Shown here in pieces: positions 1-45,850 of a stretch of DNA of 64,000 nucleotides. This DNA is from the human T2T-CHM13v2.0 reference genome, Homo sapiens: the NCBI RefSeq assembly GCF_009914755.1, contig NC_060932.1, one strand, 5' to 3'. Numbering within the stretch: position 1 is the stretch's first letter; every line of letters begins with the position of its first letter. The position numbers were made by a program, and so were the translations under genes. Under the pieces are notes generated by a model. It was not told the origin of the DNA and ran no database searches. It saw nothing but the letters and a program-made list of their open reading frames with translations.

Positions 1-248
1 GAATTGCGTCGCATTGTAGCCTGGAGAGAATTGTTATAGGTCATCTCATCTAAATCCTTTCACTTATATTGAAGCCCAAATAAGAACACACCTAAGGATA
101 TTGTGTATTGTGAAACGCCGAGAAACTGTGGCTGGTTTGGCCCTTTTGCTATCTGGGATTTGAGGGAAAAGGTGAAATTTGGAAGGCAAAGAAAGCAAAC
201 CTTAAGGACAGCTATGATACTGAGTCTAGACAGGCTATTATATTTCTT

Positions 249-550
249 TTTTTTCTTTTTTTTTTTGAGACGGAGTCTCGCTCCGTCACCCATGCTGGAG
301 TGCAGTGGCACTATCTCGGCTCACTGCAAACTCCGCCTCCCGGGTTCTCGCCATTCTCCTGCCTCAGCCTCCCGCCTGGGTAGCTGGGACTACAGGCGCC
401 CGCCACTACGCCCGGCTAGTTTTTTGTATTTTTAGTAGAGACGGGGTTTCACCGTGTTAGCCAGGATGGTCTCGATCTCCTGACCTCGTAATCCACCCGC
501 CTCGGCCTCCCAAAGTGCTGGGATTACAGGCGTGAGCCACCGCACCCAGC
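249..550 (-). mobile_element. AluY, CpG-rich, 15-bp TSD gctattatatttctt
   Basis: AluY diagnostics (cgccattctcc, accgtgttagccaggatgg); TSD at 234-248 and 551-565. Confidence 0.93.
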
Positions 551-1169
551 GCTATTATATTTCTTAATTGCTCAGACTGAGCCATAATCTAATCTAGGCA
601 AATTCAGAGAGTGCCTCCTTCATGAGCAAGATCTTAAAATGAAAAGGCCTCTACAAGTCGAGACTGCAAAGTGATGGATATATTGAGAATTTGATATTTG
701 TCAGGAAAGCTTCAAAGACATGGAGCTTCTAAGCTTAATCTTTTCATTTCCACTTCTTATGCATCTTAGTGAAAACTCCCTTTATCCTACCAAGTGGTGG
801 TGCCTATTAGTAGTATACTGTTCGCTAGAGGCCTCCCAGGAAGTAGTTCAGAAGGCTTGATTTCTATGTTATGTGCAGAGATGAAGCATGAGTTATGGCA
901 CAGCATGTTGTTAAAGTGATTTCAAATATATTTTCTTATAGTTACTTTCCTAACACATGGGTTTTGCTCTCTAGGAAGAGAATGGAGCAAAGTGTGTAGC
1001 TGGAATTTGTTTTACTTTCCTATTAGCCTGTAGGTACCACTCAGACCAAAAGGACTCCCTAAAAACTGATGTGCAAGTCACAGAATTCTCCTGCCTGACC
1101 TCTATCAAGGGATGTCTGTAAGGAGAAATCTATCTCTAAAGTACTATGAATTTTGTCACGTTTATAGGT

Positions 1170-1470
1170 TTTTTGCTTGTTTTTAGAGACAGGGTCTCAG
1201 CTCTGTTGCCCAGGTTGGAGTGCAGTGACATAATCATGGCTCACTGCAGCCTCAACCTCCTGGACTCAAGCAGTCCTTCTGCCTCATCCTCCTGAATAGC
1301 TGGGTCTACGGGCATACACCACCATGCCCGGCTATTTTTTTTTTTTTTAAAGTAGAAACAGGGTCTCATTATGTTACCCAGGTTGGTCTCAAACTCCTGG
1401 CCTCAAGCGATCCTCCTGCTTCAGCCTCCCCAAGTGCTGGGATTACAGGCATGAGCCACCGCACCCAGCC
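1170..1470 (-). mobile_element. AluJ, TSD gtttataggtttt
   Basis: Dimeric Alu with J-type positions; flanking duplication. Confidence 0.88.
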
Positions 1471-2957
1471 GAGTTTATAGGTTTTGATGCCTTTTGCCAA
1501 AAATCAAAGAGGTGGCTGAAAGTCAATTGATATCAGAAGAATCAATGAAAAGCAAGAGACTCAGCAGCTCTCCTTTTCCTCTGGGAAACTGCTTAAGAGC
1601 ACAGAATTTGGCATCAGATACACCTGCAATCAAATCCCAGCTCTACTTAGGAGCTGTATAACCTTGCAGTCTTCGGGTTCCTCGTCTGCAAAATGGAGTA
1701 TCTTCCTACCATTTGGGGTTGCTGGTTTATGTGGTTCATGTAAAATGCCTTTTATTTGATAAGCACCTTATCTTTCCTTCCATGTGTATAACTGCTTTCT
1801 TCTTTTAAGTATAATATCATCTATGTGTTAGAAAAATGTAAGAAACCTCTTTTCAAATAGTGTGGACACCTTAATAGTTATTTACTGGAGCAGAGGCACA
1901 CATTAAGATCCCTCCAATAGAAGTATTAATATAGACAGAAGCAGCTAGTCTTGGACCTCTGGTGTCATCTCCTGGAAATTAGTCATGGTACAACAGCCAA
2001 GAGGTTACCCCACAACTTGAGCTACAGAGAATGTTTGCAATAGCATCTTTATTTTCCAATCTGTCATTGTTTTGAGAATGAACCAATATGCAAACAGTTG
2101 TACGTCCAGAGTCTGGTATAGGCTAATGGATGCTTAGTAAAGTTTGCTGAATGAATGAATCCAGAGGACATTGCCCCATTGGTGTTCTTGTCTCCAGAGT
2201 TCAGATTAGGAAGTTCCTATTACAGAAATGTTTACAATGACACTCTAAATATTTCTCAAACAGTTGTTCTTGAAATGTTTGCACAGAGTCACTTGAGAAT
2301 CTTACAGTCTAGGGGGTTGGAAATCTAAAAATCTCTCATGATGCTTAGGGAAGTTAGAATTTATGATCTACAGCATAGAAGCTGAGGATGCAATAATTAA
2401 CATCTGAATTGCATAAGCATTGCCAGTGAATGACACTATTTATGATGCTCTTAGTAAGTATTGTGGGGGATAAACTTTTTAAAAGATAGCCCCTGCTTTT
2501 AATGAGCTCATACTTCATTTGCAAAAAAACTGTCAATAACACCAAGTGCAAGAGACTCTCCTAGGAGAAAACAGCATCAATGAAATGTTCAAGTGTTAAA
2601 GGTATTAAAAGGGCCAAATAGGTTACTCAAGAACATTTCAGGAAGAGGTAAAACCTAAGCCATGTTTTGAAATAGACTCAGGTCAATGAGAAGGGAGAGC
2701 TCAGTGTGACTGGATTACTTTACTGTAGAATTTCCAGTACCACATTGCAGGAGGAAGGAACTTGGTAAGAAAAATTCTGCCACTGCAGGTATGCTTCACA
2801 GTGCAGGAAAGAGCAGACAGGAGACTTACGAAGCAACCTGAATTAATATTCTGTTTTTAATAGTGACCCAAGTTCGAAAATAGCCTAAAATTTAATCTTA
2901 CTACCTGCCGTTAGATCTCTTTTGTATCAGTTTCCCATCTGTAAAATAGGACCAATT

Positions 2958-3317
2958 TATTTTTATTTTTAAAAAGGAGGTCAGAGTGTCCCTTTTGTAT
3001 CAGCTGTTTTTTGTTCTTTTTTGTTGTGTTTGAGATGCAGTCCTGCTCTGTCACCCAGGCTGAAGTGCAGTGGCACGATCTCGGCTCACTGGAACCTCTG
3101 CCTCCCAGGTTAAAATAATTCTCCTGCCTCAGCCTCCCAAGTGTCTGGGATTACAGGTGTGCACCACTTCGCCCAGCTAATTTTTATATTTTTAGTAGAG
3201 ATGGAGTTTCATCATGTTGCACAGGCTGGTCTTGAACTCCTGACCTCAAGTGATCCATCTGCCTCAGCCTCCCAAACTGCTGTGCTGGAATTACAGGCAT
3301 GAGCCACTGCGCCCGGC
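2958..3317 (-). mobile_element. AluS with 3' extension and double A-tail
   Basis: Alu body 3032-3317; tails 3007-3031 and 2958-2970; 13/15 TSD. Confidence 0.85.
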
Positions 3318-3429
3318 AAAATAAGGCCAATTATTTTCTGTAATTAAGCAGCGGATTGGGATGACTATTTCAATAAACATAATTTTGATCCTAATTCATA
3401 CTTGTGCTAAAACAAGGGCAAAGATTTTG

Positions 3430-4530
3430 TTAGGGTGGCTACAATAAAAAAAAAAAGGTGGACAATAACAAGTATTGGTGAGGATGTGGAGAAATTAAAA
3501 ACTGCATACATTGCTGATGGGAATGTAAAATGGTGCAGCTGCTTTGGAAAAGTTTGGCAGTCCCTCAAAAACTTAAACAGAGTTGCCATTTTGATCCAAT
3601 AATTCTGCAACCCCTATTACTGAAAGTAGAAAACATATGTTCACACAAAAACTTGTACACAAATGTTCACAGCAGTTCTACTCATAATAGCCAAAAAGTG
3701 GAAGCCACCCAAATGTCCATCAACTAACTAATGAATAGATTTTTTTTAATAAGGACAGAGTTTCGCCATGCTGGCCAGGCTGATCTTGAATTCCTGACAG
3801 ATGATCTGCCTGCCTCGGCCTCCCAAAGTGCTGGGATTACAGGCGTGAGCCACCACACCTGGCCTCTATAGGCTTTTCTGTATAGGCTTTCTATAGGCTG
3901 AGGCAGGAGAACTGCTTGAACCCGGGAGGCGGAAGTTGCAGTGATCTGAGATCAAGCCACTGCACTCCAGCCTGGGCGACAGAGCAAGGCTCCGACTTAA
4001 AAAAAAAAAAAAAAAAAGTCTATAGAATCTACAAAAAAACTACTAAAATTAATATGATTTACAAGGTCATAGGATTCAAGATCAATATACAAAAATCTAT
4101 TGTATTTCTATATACTAGTAATGAATGTAATCATAAATTGATCTCTTTAAGAGATCTGTACACTGAAAACTACAAAGCATTTCTGAATATTATTCAGCCA
4201 TAAAAAAGAATGAGGTAGTGATACATGCTATCCCTTGGATGAACTTTGAAAGTAGTAAGTGAAAGAAGTGGGACACAAAAGGCCACATTTTATTATTCCA
4301 TTTATGTGAAATGTCTGGAATGGACAAAGCCATAGAGAGAGTAAATTAGTAGATGCCAGGGACTGAGAGGAAGGGGAAGTGGGAACTGACTACTAATGGG
4401 TAAAGGGTTCTTTCTGGGGTGATGAAAATGTTCTGGAGTCAGATATTAGTAACAGTTGTACGACCTTGTAAAAACACTGAATCGTACACTTTAAAATGTG
4501 AATTATGCGAACTGCATCTCAATTGTGAAA
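3430..4530 (+). mobile_element. L1MB-like 3' end, interrupted at 3740-4181 by a templated insertion
   Basis: gtattggtgaggatgtggagaaa, gggaatgtaaaatggtgcagc, ggggtgatgaaaatgttctgg motifs. Confidence 0.85.
3740..4181. repeat. Rearranged local copy of 4854-5350 (inverted Alu left arm + direct Alu right arm + L1 flank)
   Basis: Shared private Alu variants and shared unique flanks with the 4869-5190 Alu. Confidence 0.9.
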
Positions 4531-4689
4531 AATGAAGTGGGGTGGGGGGAAGCAAATCACCCAAGGTAGTGAATAACTTAGAGGCAAACTCTGGGGTTTT
4601 CCAATCAATCCTGATAAGGCCACCTACTTGAGTTTTTCAAGAACCTGCCAGGAGGAATAAAAACTGAGGAAGACTGAAAGACTACCTCC

Positions 4690-5520
4690 ACCCCATGACT
4701 GGAAACAAAGTAAAGATGTCCTCTTACCCTTCCTATTTAACATTGTACTGGAGGTTGAAACCAGTGCAATAAGGGGTTAAAATGTTATAAAAGGCATCCA
4801 GATTGGAAAAGAAGAAGTAACCTTTCTTTATTTGCAGACACAATTATCTATGTAGAAAAGCCAATAGAGGCTGGGTACGGTGGCTCAAACCTGTAATCCC
4901 AGCACTTTGGGTGGCCGAGGCAGGCGGATCATCTGAGGTCAGGAATTCAAGATCAGCCTGGCCAACATGGTGAAACTCTGTCTTTATTTAAAAAGAAAAC
5001 AAACAAACAAAAAAACCCCACAAAAATCAGCTAGGTGTGGTGGTGCACACCTGTAATCCTAGCTACTCTGGAGGCTAAGGCAGGAGAACTGCTTGAACCC
5101 AGGAGGCGGAAGTTGCAGTGATCTGAGATCAAGCCACTGCACTGCAGCCTGGGCGACAGAGCGAGGCTCCGACTTAAAAAAGAAAAAAAAGTCTATAGAA
5201 TCTACAAAAAAACTACTAAAATTAATGTGATTTACAAGGTCGTAGGATTCAAGATCAATATACAAAAATCTAATTTCTATATACTCGTAATGAATGTAAT
5301 CATAAATTGATATTTTTAAGAGATCTGTACACTGAAAACTACAAAGCATTGTTGAAATTAAAAAACTAAAAGATAGATATACTGTATTCATGAATAGGAA
5401 GACTTGATATTGTTAAGATGCCAGTTTTCCTCATATTGATAAATAGGTATCAGTGGTGATTCAGTCAAAATCCCAGCAGACTTTTTGGTAGAAATCTAGA
5501 AATGGATTCTAGTGTAAACA
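4690..5520 (+). mobile_element. Old L1M ORF2 fragment interrupted by an Alu
   Basis: aaaggcatccagattggaaaagaagaagtaa, gtacactgaaaactac, gttcatgaataggaagact motifs. Confidence 0.8.
4869..5190 (+). mobile_element. AluS, degenerate TSD aaaagccaataga / aaaagtctataga
   Basis: Full dimer with expanded middle A-rich linker. Confidence 0.9.
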
Positions 5521-5977
5521 CAGTATTCAAATCACTGGGAAATTTGGAAAGATTATTTTAAAAATAGTGCCATCACAAATGGCTTTCTATCTGGAAGAAA
5601 GTAAAACTGGACCTTTATATTACACTAAATGCTAAGATAAATTGAAGATAGATTTTATAAAATATGAAAAATTTAAAATCTCACTACAAACTACCAAAAG
5701 AGACTACAAGTACAATTTAGAAAGAGAGGAGAGCTTAATCATGACCAGAAGGTCTAAAATATTACAATTAAAGACACACAACAGGTTTCATATTGCAGAA
5801 AAAAAATGTAAAGAGTATGTGGAAATGCTGAAATATCTGCAACTTTTCTGTAAATCTAAAAATATTCAAAAATTAAAAGTTTACTTAAGGATAAAATAGA
5901 ATGCACACACAATGCTAATAAAAGTCGAATGACATATTTGGAGAAAAATACAAGAGTCAAACTATTAACAGCTATAG

Positions 5978-6322
<345 letters not shown>

Positions 6323-7899
6323 TAAAAAAAAAAAATAGGCAAAGGATATAAGAGCCAATTTAGAGAACACCAAACTCAAATACCATCTTCCAGCCCCTAG
6401 GCCAAAAAAAAAAAACAAAAAAAAAAAACACAAAAAGATGTACACATTTACTAGCCAGGAAAATGTAACATTAGATAATAGATAATACTTTACACCAAAC
6501 AGTTTAAAAGTTTGTAAAGCTCTAATACCTATTGTTAGTAGAATGCAGGGAAAAGGGAACTCATGTATTGTTAGCAAATTGTAAATTGTGACAGCCTTTT
6601 TTGGGAGACAATCTGGTAAACCTTTTAAAAATTCAATAGACATGGACTTTAACCTAGCCATTTGATTTCCTTGAATTTATCTCCCATACTTAGAAGTACC
6701 AGAATATAAGGACGTAATTATTAGAATTTTTTTGCAGTGTTTTGTATTGAGGAAAGAAACAACAAATAACAAAGTGAATGCTCATCAATATGAGAATGTC
6801 TGAATAACTGCAGCACATCTATACTACAGAATTCTTATGCAGCCATTAAAAAGAATGCGTTGGAGTTATACAGTTGACTTGGACAGATTTCCCAAAGATA
6901 TTACTGAGAAAAAATCAAGAAAATTAATGTATATATGCATTGTGTGTGACTATGAACATGGAGAAAACTGGCATCACACACATTTTGTCATTTGCACTGG
7001 TTATGGGGGAAGATAATGAGGGAAGGAGGCAGAGAAGAGAAGGGGAGAACAAAACACAAAAAGAAGGCAAGGAAAAAAGGATGGGGAAATAATTTGTGCA
7101 CATTTTAATTAAGCTTTCAATAGAAAGTCTCTAGAACATCAGTTCATGATACCTCTAAGGCAACTGTGATTTCCTTATCTAGTTGAAAGTACTACATTTT
7201 CTTTAAACAAGCAAAAAAGCAACAAAAAGCCCCCAAAAGCAAAATTAAAATGCCTTGGCTATATTAACCCTGAAAATTAGGTCCAATGGCTGTCATACAT
7301 GATAGAATATTTGTAAACTAATGTATTTGGTATAAAACCTTGTTAAAAGTTAACTGTCTTTTCAGCCACTGTATTGCTTCAAACAACTTATTTTACTGTA
7401 CAATATTATGAAGTGACTGGTTATCAACTCTGAATTGAGTCCAGAAACATCCTCATTCCCTTTGCTCAGTTGTTCTTCTGTCCCATCAGAATTTCCTCTT
7501 CATATATATAAATACTATAAGTATAGGAAAAATAAAAGGAAAGACAAGGTCCCTGCCCTCATGAGACTAGAGTTCCTTTAAGATTTGTTCTCCTAATATC
7601 TTGAATACAGAATTAAGAATCTGGAGGTATTAATACCTGGAACACATGGTGTTATGTATGTCTATATTTTACCTCCATGCAGGACAAAAAGTGACAGAAA
7701 TATGTGATCCAACGCTATTTAGGCAAAAGGCTGGAAAGAAAAAAAAAAAAAAAAAGCAAAAGCAAGACTATCTTGTCACCAGCCAGCCCACACATTCTAG
7801 AATTAGTCAACTCTTATAGAGCAAAGAGACTGCCTTATCTTACTGCTCATATAGATGAAAATGAGCTGCTTACTAACCCTGAAAACCTGGCTCTCTCTT

Positions 7900-9490
<1,591 letters not shown>

Positions 9491-10731
9491 CCAAGACTGA
9501 TGTCTAAATTGTCCACTAACTCACCTTGGAGATGTTTCTGAAAATGCTCATTCACCAGGTATGTTTTTACATGGTTCCTTCATTTCCTTTAGATCTTGGG
9601 ACAAATGTCTTCTAGAGACTTTTCCTGTTCTGCCCTGTATAAAACAGTACTGCTTCCCCAAAATCCCAGTCACTCTTATTGTGCCCACCTCTAATTTTTC
9701 ATAGCAATCATCATCTGGTTATTTTACATCTCGTTCCATTATTTTAAGCTACATGCATATGTTTATTATTTTTGTATCCTCCAAATTCTAATACAAGCCC
9801 TCTGAAGCCAGGGTGTTTGTTTATTTGGTACTATGCTGTATTTCCAGCATCTACTTTGTTGAACGAATAAATTGGTAGAAGTCACAAAAATTCTGACTAG
9901 CATATGATGTACAGTGATCCAATCTGAACTAAATTTTAAAACTGCAAACTTTTTCATATCCAGCTATTAAATAATAGCCACCCTAAATAACATAACTCTC
10001 CCCAAGTTTAGAATACTATTTTTGGCATTCAAAAATCAACCAGTATGTAAACACTGGCTGTTAAGCAATGATATCTCATGCTCTAGTGAAGGAAATAAAT
10101 GAAACAACAAATCCATTAAAAGGAACCATATGAAATGCAGCCTTGAGAAAAGAATTTTTTTCCTTAGATCCAAGTACAGACTAGAATCTGTAAGAAGCGT
10201 GATGACTGTGAATGGAAAGGCAAAACAATCTATGGAGCAGGAGTTTCTTTTGCTCATGTCATGTAGCAATTAATAGCTCCGATAGTTTTCAACACATACT
10301 TTATCCTTTGGTGATTTGTCTATATGTTTACCTAAATAACAGGCTAGGGAAAGTCTTACATGTTTACAAATTAACACAATTTCCAGGAAAAATAAGTTAG
10401 GAGTGGTGGATTATGTGCATTTAATATAAAAAGCTAACTAATTAAGTGCTCTGAAGCTGGGAATTTGTACAATGAAGTGAATCTACCAGTTAAATTGGTG
10501 GTCTACATAATCAACAGTAGGATATACTATTATAATCTTTGTATTTCTTTTCTCTCATTACCAGATGATTTTTCCAACAGGCTTTAAAGTACAAAGAGTT
10601 TTAACAAGATTTCAGTGAGTTAAGGTTTATTTTGAATACCCTGGAGGTATCTCTTGTTCAAGGCTAGCCCAGAGTTGAGTTCCAGGGAAAACTGGCTTGG
10701 TCCTAAATTAATCCAACTTTGAAGGATACAG

Positions 10732-10801
10732 GAGACAAGGAATTTCTGAAGCTAGTTGAAAGGTCCAAGAGACAAGGAATTTTTGAAGCTAGTTTTAAGG
10801 T
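10732..10801. repeat. Two-copy ~37-bp tandem duplication (gagacaaggaattt(c/t)tgaagctagtt..aaggt)
   Basis: Direct read of both copies. Confidence 0.85.
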
Positions 10802-10980
10802 GAGACTGAAGTGGTACTGGTTGGGAGTATCACCAGAAGTAGGTGTAGGGTGAATGAATGCACCAGCCTCCTACAGGGCACTATTTTTGCTGTATTCCTC
10901 TGAAGATCATTTAGCTTTCCATTTCATCTTTAGCCTTTTAAAGAAATGTCAACAAGGCAGTCAACATATTCATAAGATTA

Positions 10981-11311
<331 letters not shown>

Positions 11312-11809
11312 TTATTTTCATGAAGCATTAACTATATACCAGGGAAACAGAAAAACCATCTATGCATTTTACAGAAGCTACAAGAATAGAAAGCATCTGA
11401 TTACAATTAGCTTGAATTTAAATGGCTCATTTCATAATCTAATGTTGCTAGAATAGAATCTCTTAAAATAGTCTTTTAAGATCTTTTTACTTTTTTCCCC
11501 TTTTCCCAAGTTAGCTGATCTTTCCACTTTTCTGAGGATTTATAATACTGATTTCTCTTCACAATTTAATGATACATATATTTACTCAAGTTAAATTCAA
11601 CCAATTTACTCAAAAAAATTATGTTGATGTATACAGTATCTTTTTTTCTGGTGGAAAGGCAGGAATTAGACAGGAAAAAAGGGTAGTTTCTAACACTGTT
11701 GAAAAGTTCAGCAAATGCTTCCCCTTGAGCTGAGACCAGAAGGCAGAATAATCACAATGGCTTGCAATATTTATGAATACTACCACATGGCCAATGAATA
11801 TTCTCATTC

Positions 11810-11873
11810 TTATTAAAAAAAAACACTTGTGTACACACCAGAAGGCAGCAGTACATTAGTATTTACATTTATT
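11810..11873 (-). terminator. Polyadenylation signal AATAAA (11868-11873) with downstream GU/U-rich element
   Basis: Minus strand AATAAAtgtaaatactaatgtac followed by tctggtgtgtacacaagtgttttttttt. Confidence 0.8.
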
Positions 11874-13340
11874 TAACGTATGCAGTTTACACACTCATTA
11901 TTAAACAAAATTGGAATGCAAACAAATATACAAATACCATAAGCATTATCAAATAAAATAACTGGCACTAGTGTTATAAGCATATTAATGGACCTGGTAG
12001 GGAAAAGTGATGGAAGAAGACTGCAGCCCATGGCATTTTTCTTTTTACCAAAAGAAAACGCTCAGTAGCACCATAATGGTAATACTTAAAAGAAATACAT
12101 AAGATAGAACATTTTAACTGCTATCATTGAGGTTAACCTGCTTTTATTTAAGTGAATTATACAGGAAATTAACAGTACAGGCAGTATTTTGGCCAACTTC
12201 TGCTTATGTCAGCTGAACATTGTCCATAAACAAAAGCAAAAGAAAATAATGCTAATCATACATGGACCTTTTGTACTTGGTACAAGTTCTGCACCGTGCT
12301 TTGATTTCATGGTTGGAGAAGATATGCATGTGTTAAAAACTGAGGTTATGTAAAGTTATTCACTAAAGCCTGAGTGTGTCTTTGGTAGGCTAATACTTTT
12401 TCAGCATTATTAATCACATTCATGTTTATCTATTTCCTGTATTTTTATATATAATCCAAGGTGACCAGAGAAGACATGGAAAACAACACAGCAAAATCCT
12501 CAAATAACTAGGCCATTAAAACCCAGTCGATCCCAAAGGCACCAAGAATCAATGGGGTACAAACTTCCCCTTAGAGAAAGGTGGATTTTTTGTAATACTT
12601 ATAACCTAATGGGACTTTATTTTGTAGTTTTATGTATCTTATTTGTTGCTGTCATATGCTTAATTACTTACCTTTACATTTTTTCCTCTAAGATGGCATC
12701 AACAATAAACAAGATAGAGTACCAGGTATTTCTATTTCAAAGTTGTGCAAAAACTGCCACAATCTTGCTCAAAGTGTCTAAGTATCCAAATGGTAGCAAA
12801 TGAGCTGCATTAAGCTTTATATAACCACATTGCATATGAAGAAAAAAAATGAAATTTATGCCGATATAAATAGAAATGTTACAGAGTATCATATACTGAG
12901 AGTAACCTATGCAGTTCTTTTAAACTTATCTCTTTAGTGGTTTCAATAAAATATCACTAACCACTTATCCCTAAAGCCTCAAGTTTTCTTCATTTGAATG
13001 CTGTAGAATTGCATTAGTATTTTATATTGATTATATAAATTAAGACCAATTTCTATCTAAGTATGTGCTTCAAGCAATGTTTTGTGGCAAACACACAAAA
13101 CATGCTTTGCTCTTCAAATTTATTATCCTTAAAATAATGCACTTTTAAAGCCTTCACTTCATAGTTTGGTAACTAAGATCCACATGACACACAATGCCTT
13201 GCTGAACACAGAAAATGTATCTGCATTATGATAATGAAACCCGGCTTTTGCTGGTAACCTGAAACTTAAGTAGTCACATGTAGTTCAACCAGCTCCAAAC
13301 ACGGTTGTACAGTGGTAATTATTCTGCAGCATTTATGGGC
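11850..13340 (-). other. RNF19A: RNF19A 3'UTR (~1.5 kb, no recognisable transposon, AU-rich)
   Basis: Follows stop codon; ends after AATAAA 11868-11873; exact cleavage site estimated. Confidence 0.8.
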
Positions 13341-42958
<29,618 letters not shown>

Positions 42959-43051
42959 TCACATTAAGTCATGATGTAAGAATATCCTACTTGGTTCCTT
43001 CAGAGAATTCTTGAAAAGTTCGATTTACAGAAGACTGCTATCATGGATGTT
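42959..43051 (-). other. RNF19A: 93-nt 5'UTR part of the first coding exon, containing three upstream AUGs
   Basis: Polypyrimidine tract and CAG acceptor at 43052-43075; uATGs at 43044, 42972, 42964. Confidence 0.88.
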
Positions 43052-43336
43052 CTGAAAAATAAAAAATAAAAAAATCAAGATCATTTAATTGTATTCTTAG
43101 TTTGTATATTTTTATAAATATGAAATTTCAAACAAGTATGTTTCTTAACCATTAGTAGTAGTTGTTTTTTTTAACAAGGCCAATTTATTAAATAGTCTAT
43201 AAGAAACTACAAGACTAATGCTGAAATAACAACAAGGGCATTCTTTAATCTTAATAAAAGATTCTAGATTTGAGCTGACCAGAAAAAACTTCTGGTCATT
43301 ATCACTCTGACTTCAATGATTTCTCACTGCCTTTAG

Positions 43337-44880
<1,544 letters not shown>

Positions 44881-44887
44881 GTGGTGA

Positions 44888-45240
<353 letters not shown>

Positions 45241-45445
45241 TGATACATACACGACCCAGAAACTCATGATTAATGTGCCTTTTTCTATGTGTTTTTTTCC
45301 TCCTATGGCTGACCTCCTAATTAACATGTGTTCTCTGGAAAAACATTTCACTCAAACAAACTTCACCTCATGTCCCTCGGTTTATATTTCCCTTCACAAA
45401 CACAGGATAGATAAGGAACAGTCAGAGAGCTCAATCTATACAAAT

Positions 45446-45675
45446 ACAGTTATGCATCACTTAATGATCAGGATACATTCTGAGAAATGTGTCATTAGGT
45501 GATTTTGTCGTGTGATCACAGAGCACACTTACACAAACCTAGATGTTATAGTCTATTACACACCTAGGGTATACTGTATAGATTATTGCTCCTAGGCTAC
45601 AAACCTGTACAGTATGTTACTGTAGTGAATACTGGAGGCATTTGCAACACAATGATATCTGTGTACCTAAACACA
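45446..45675 (+). mobile_element. Tigger3/MER7-type TcMar DNA transposon fragment
   Basis: cagttatgcatcacttaatg...ttctgagaaatgtgtcattagg...cttacacaaacctagatg...gctacaaacctgtacag. Confidence 0.8.
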
Positions 45676-45694
45676 GATGTTTCATTTCTTTGGC

Positions 45695-45850
45695 TCTCCG
45701 ATATCCTGCCAGTGCCTCACACTGGGTAAATCCAACCAGAAGCCAACTGCCTCTAAGGCAGTCCTTAGAGGTCAACCTCCTGGGGCACAGAGCAGGGTAG
45801 AGAAGGCTGAATGAGAGTAGATCTGGACATGCAAACAAAAAACATCCAGT
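45695..45850 (-). mobile_element. ERVL LTR fragment (LTR33-like)
   Basis: gaggtcaacctcctggggcacagagcagggtagagaagg...gatctgga resembles the reverse complement of the LTR33 5' end. Confidence 0.6.
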
